Shown here one piece after another: positions 6,673 to 6,953 of a DNA stretch of 6,953 nt. The notes below the pieces were generated by a model, which saw nothing but the letters and a program-made list of their open reading frames with translations, was not told the DNA's origin and did not search any database. Source of the DNA: Candidatus Vampirococcus lugosii (GTDB taxonomy: Bacteria; Patescibacteriota; Gracilibacteria; Absconditabacterales; Absconditicoccaceae); NCBI RefSeq assembly GCF_018420025.1, contig NZ_JAEDAM010000052.1, forward strand, positions 1-6,953, read 5' to 3'. Numbering within the stretch: position 1 is the first letter of the stretch; every line of letters begins with the position of its first letter. The translations under genes were made by a program, and so were the position numbers.

Positions 6673-6851
6673 AAATTTTATTAATTTTTAAATATATTAT
6701 ATATAATTATTTTAATCAAAAATTCCAAAGACTTTTTACCTTATTTTTTTATCCCCCCCATTTTTTCGAGCGATAGCGAGATTTATATAAATATTATACC
6801 TTATTAAAAGACCTATAAAGCAATATCGCACAACTAATTTTTAAATATTTA
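6673..6851 (-). promoter_or_regulatory. Intergenic region upstream of the four-gene cluster; probable promoter region
   Basis: This is the only sizeable non-coding gap between minus-strand genes. There are two sigma70-like candidates on the minus strand. One is TTGCTT (6823..6818), a 19-nt spacer, then TATAAT (6798..6793). The other is TTGATT (6719..6714), a 17-nt spacer, then TATATT (6696..6691), which lies 18 nt before the ATG at 6672. Such hexamers arise easily by chance in DNA this AT-rich, so neither is secure. Confidence 0.35.
6753..6780. repeat. GC island: C7 homopolymer (6753..6759), A, T6 (6761..6766), then the 13-nt mirror repeat GAGCGATAGCGAG (6768..6780; AGCGA twice with a 6-nt period)
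   Basis: Read directly from the sequence: atcccccccattttttcgagcgatagcgag. It is the most G+C-dense non-coding stretch in the window. Confidence 0.9.
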
Positions 6852-6953
6852 TTATTTAATAGTAAATGATCTAATAGTATTATAAATATTTTCTTGTACT
6901 ACAGATTTAAAATCTATTGTTGATAATTCTCATTTTTTAAAAAGTTTGGATAA
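6852..6953 (-). CDS. 3' end of an unidentified upstream gene (partial; continues past the window edge)
   Basis: This is the only minus frame open from the window edge. It has 33 sense codons, LSKLFKKGELSTIDFKSVVQENIYNTIRSFTIK (one TGA read as Gly), then TAA at 6852..6854. The other two minus frames hit TAA/TAG within a few codons. No recognisable domain. Confidence 0.35.

Noticed and set aside
6741-6761. Mini-ORF ATG GGG GGG ATA AAA AAA TAA as a regulatory leader peptide
   Set aside because: It is only six codons, with no supporting attenuator structure or RBS. It is most simply a by-product of the adjacent G7 and A7 homopolymers. It is noted under the GC-island finding but not called as a feature.
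1-6953. TGA = Trp (translation table 4, Mycoplasma/Spiroplasma or mitochondrial type) as the explanation for the missing ORFs
   Set aside because: Every TGA that falls in an invariant Hsp70 motif (GIDLGTTNS, DLGGGTFD, LVGGST, EPIAAAIAYG) sits at a glycine position. Trp is separately supplied by TGG. Reading TGA as Trp would give an implausible ~6% Trp and destroy the ATPase motifs.
1-6953. CRISPR arrays, tRNA/rRNA genes, transposases or integrases, terminal inverted repeats
   Set aside because: No spaced direct-repeat arrays were seen. No GC-rich ~75-nt cloverleaf-capable segment was seen. No recombinase-like translation appears in any table-25 frame I read. The only repeats are the short ones listed above.

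Overview
The window is extremely AT-rich, roughly a quarter G+C or less by eye. The standard-code ORF track is nearly empty because TGA is a sense codon here. Reading the minus strand with TGA = Gly (NCBI translation table 25, Candidate division SR1/Absconditabacteria and Gracilibacteria) turns nearly the whole window into one co-directional minus-strand gene string. In order of transcription it contains the following. (a) The 3' end of an unidentified upstream gene (6852..6953). (b) A 179-nt intergenic/promoter region holding the only GC island in the window (C7 tract plus the mirror repeat GAGCGATAGCGAG). (c) A tightly packed four-gene cluster. The cluster encodes a 117-aa GrpE-like nucleotide-exchange-factor candidate (6319..6672) and an 834-aa divergent Hsp70 (3803..6307). 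It also encodes a 374-aa zinc-ribbon / Lys-Glu linker / DUF805-like membrane protein (2666..3790). The last gene is a 716-aa protein (526..2676) with a zinc ribbon, a J-like domain (HPD replaced by VPD), a helical TPR-like region, one TM helix and a Cys-rich C-terminal domain predicted to be extracytoplasmic. Gene spacings are 11 nt, 12 nt and an 11-nt overlap, and all four genes end in TAA. I read this as a self-contained, membrane-tethered, non-housekeeping Hsp70 machine (NEF + Hsp70 + J-like adaptor + membrane partner). It mirrors the grpE-dnaK-dnaJ gene order, but every component is highly atypical. The last ~525 nt (1..525) have no confidently callable gene. All translations were done by hand, and all homology statements are motif-level recognition, not database searches.
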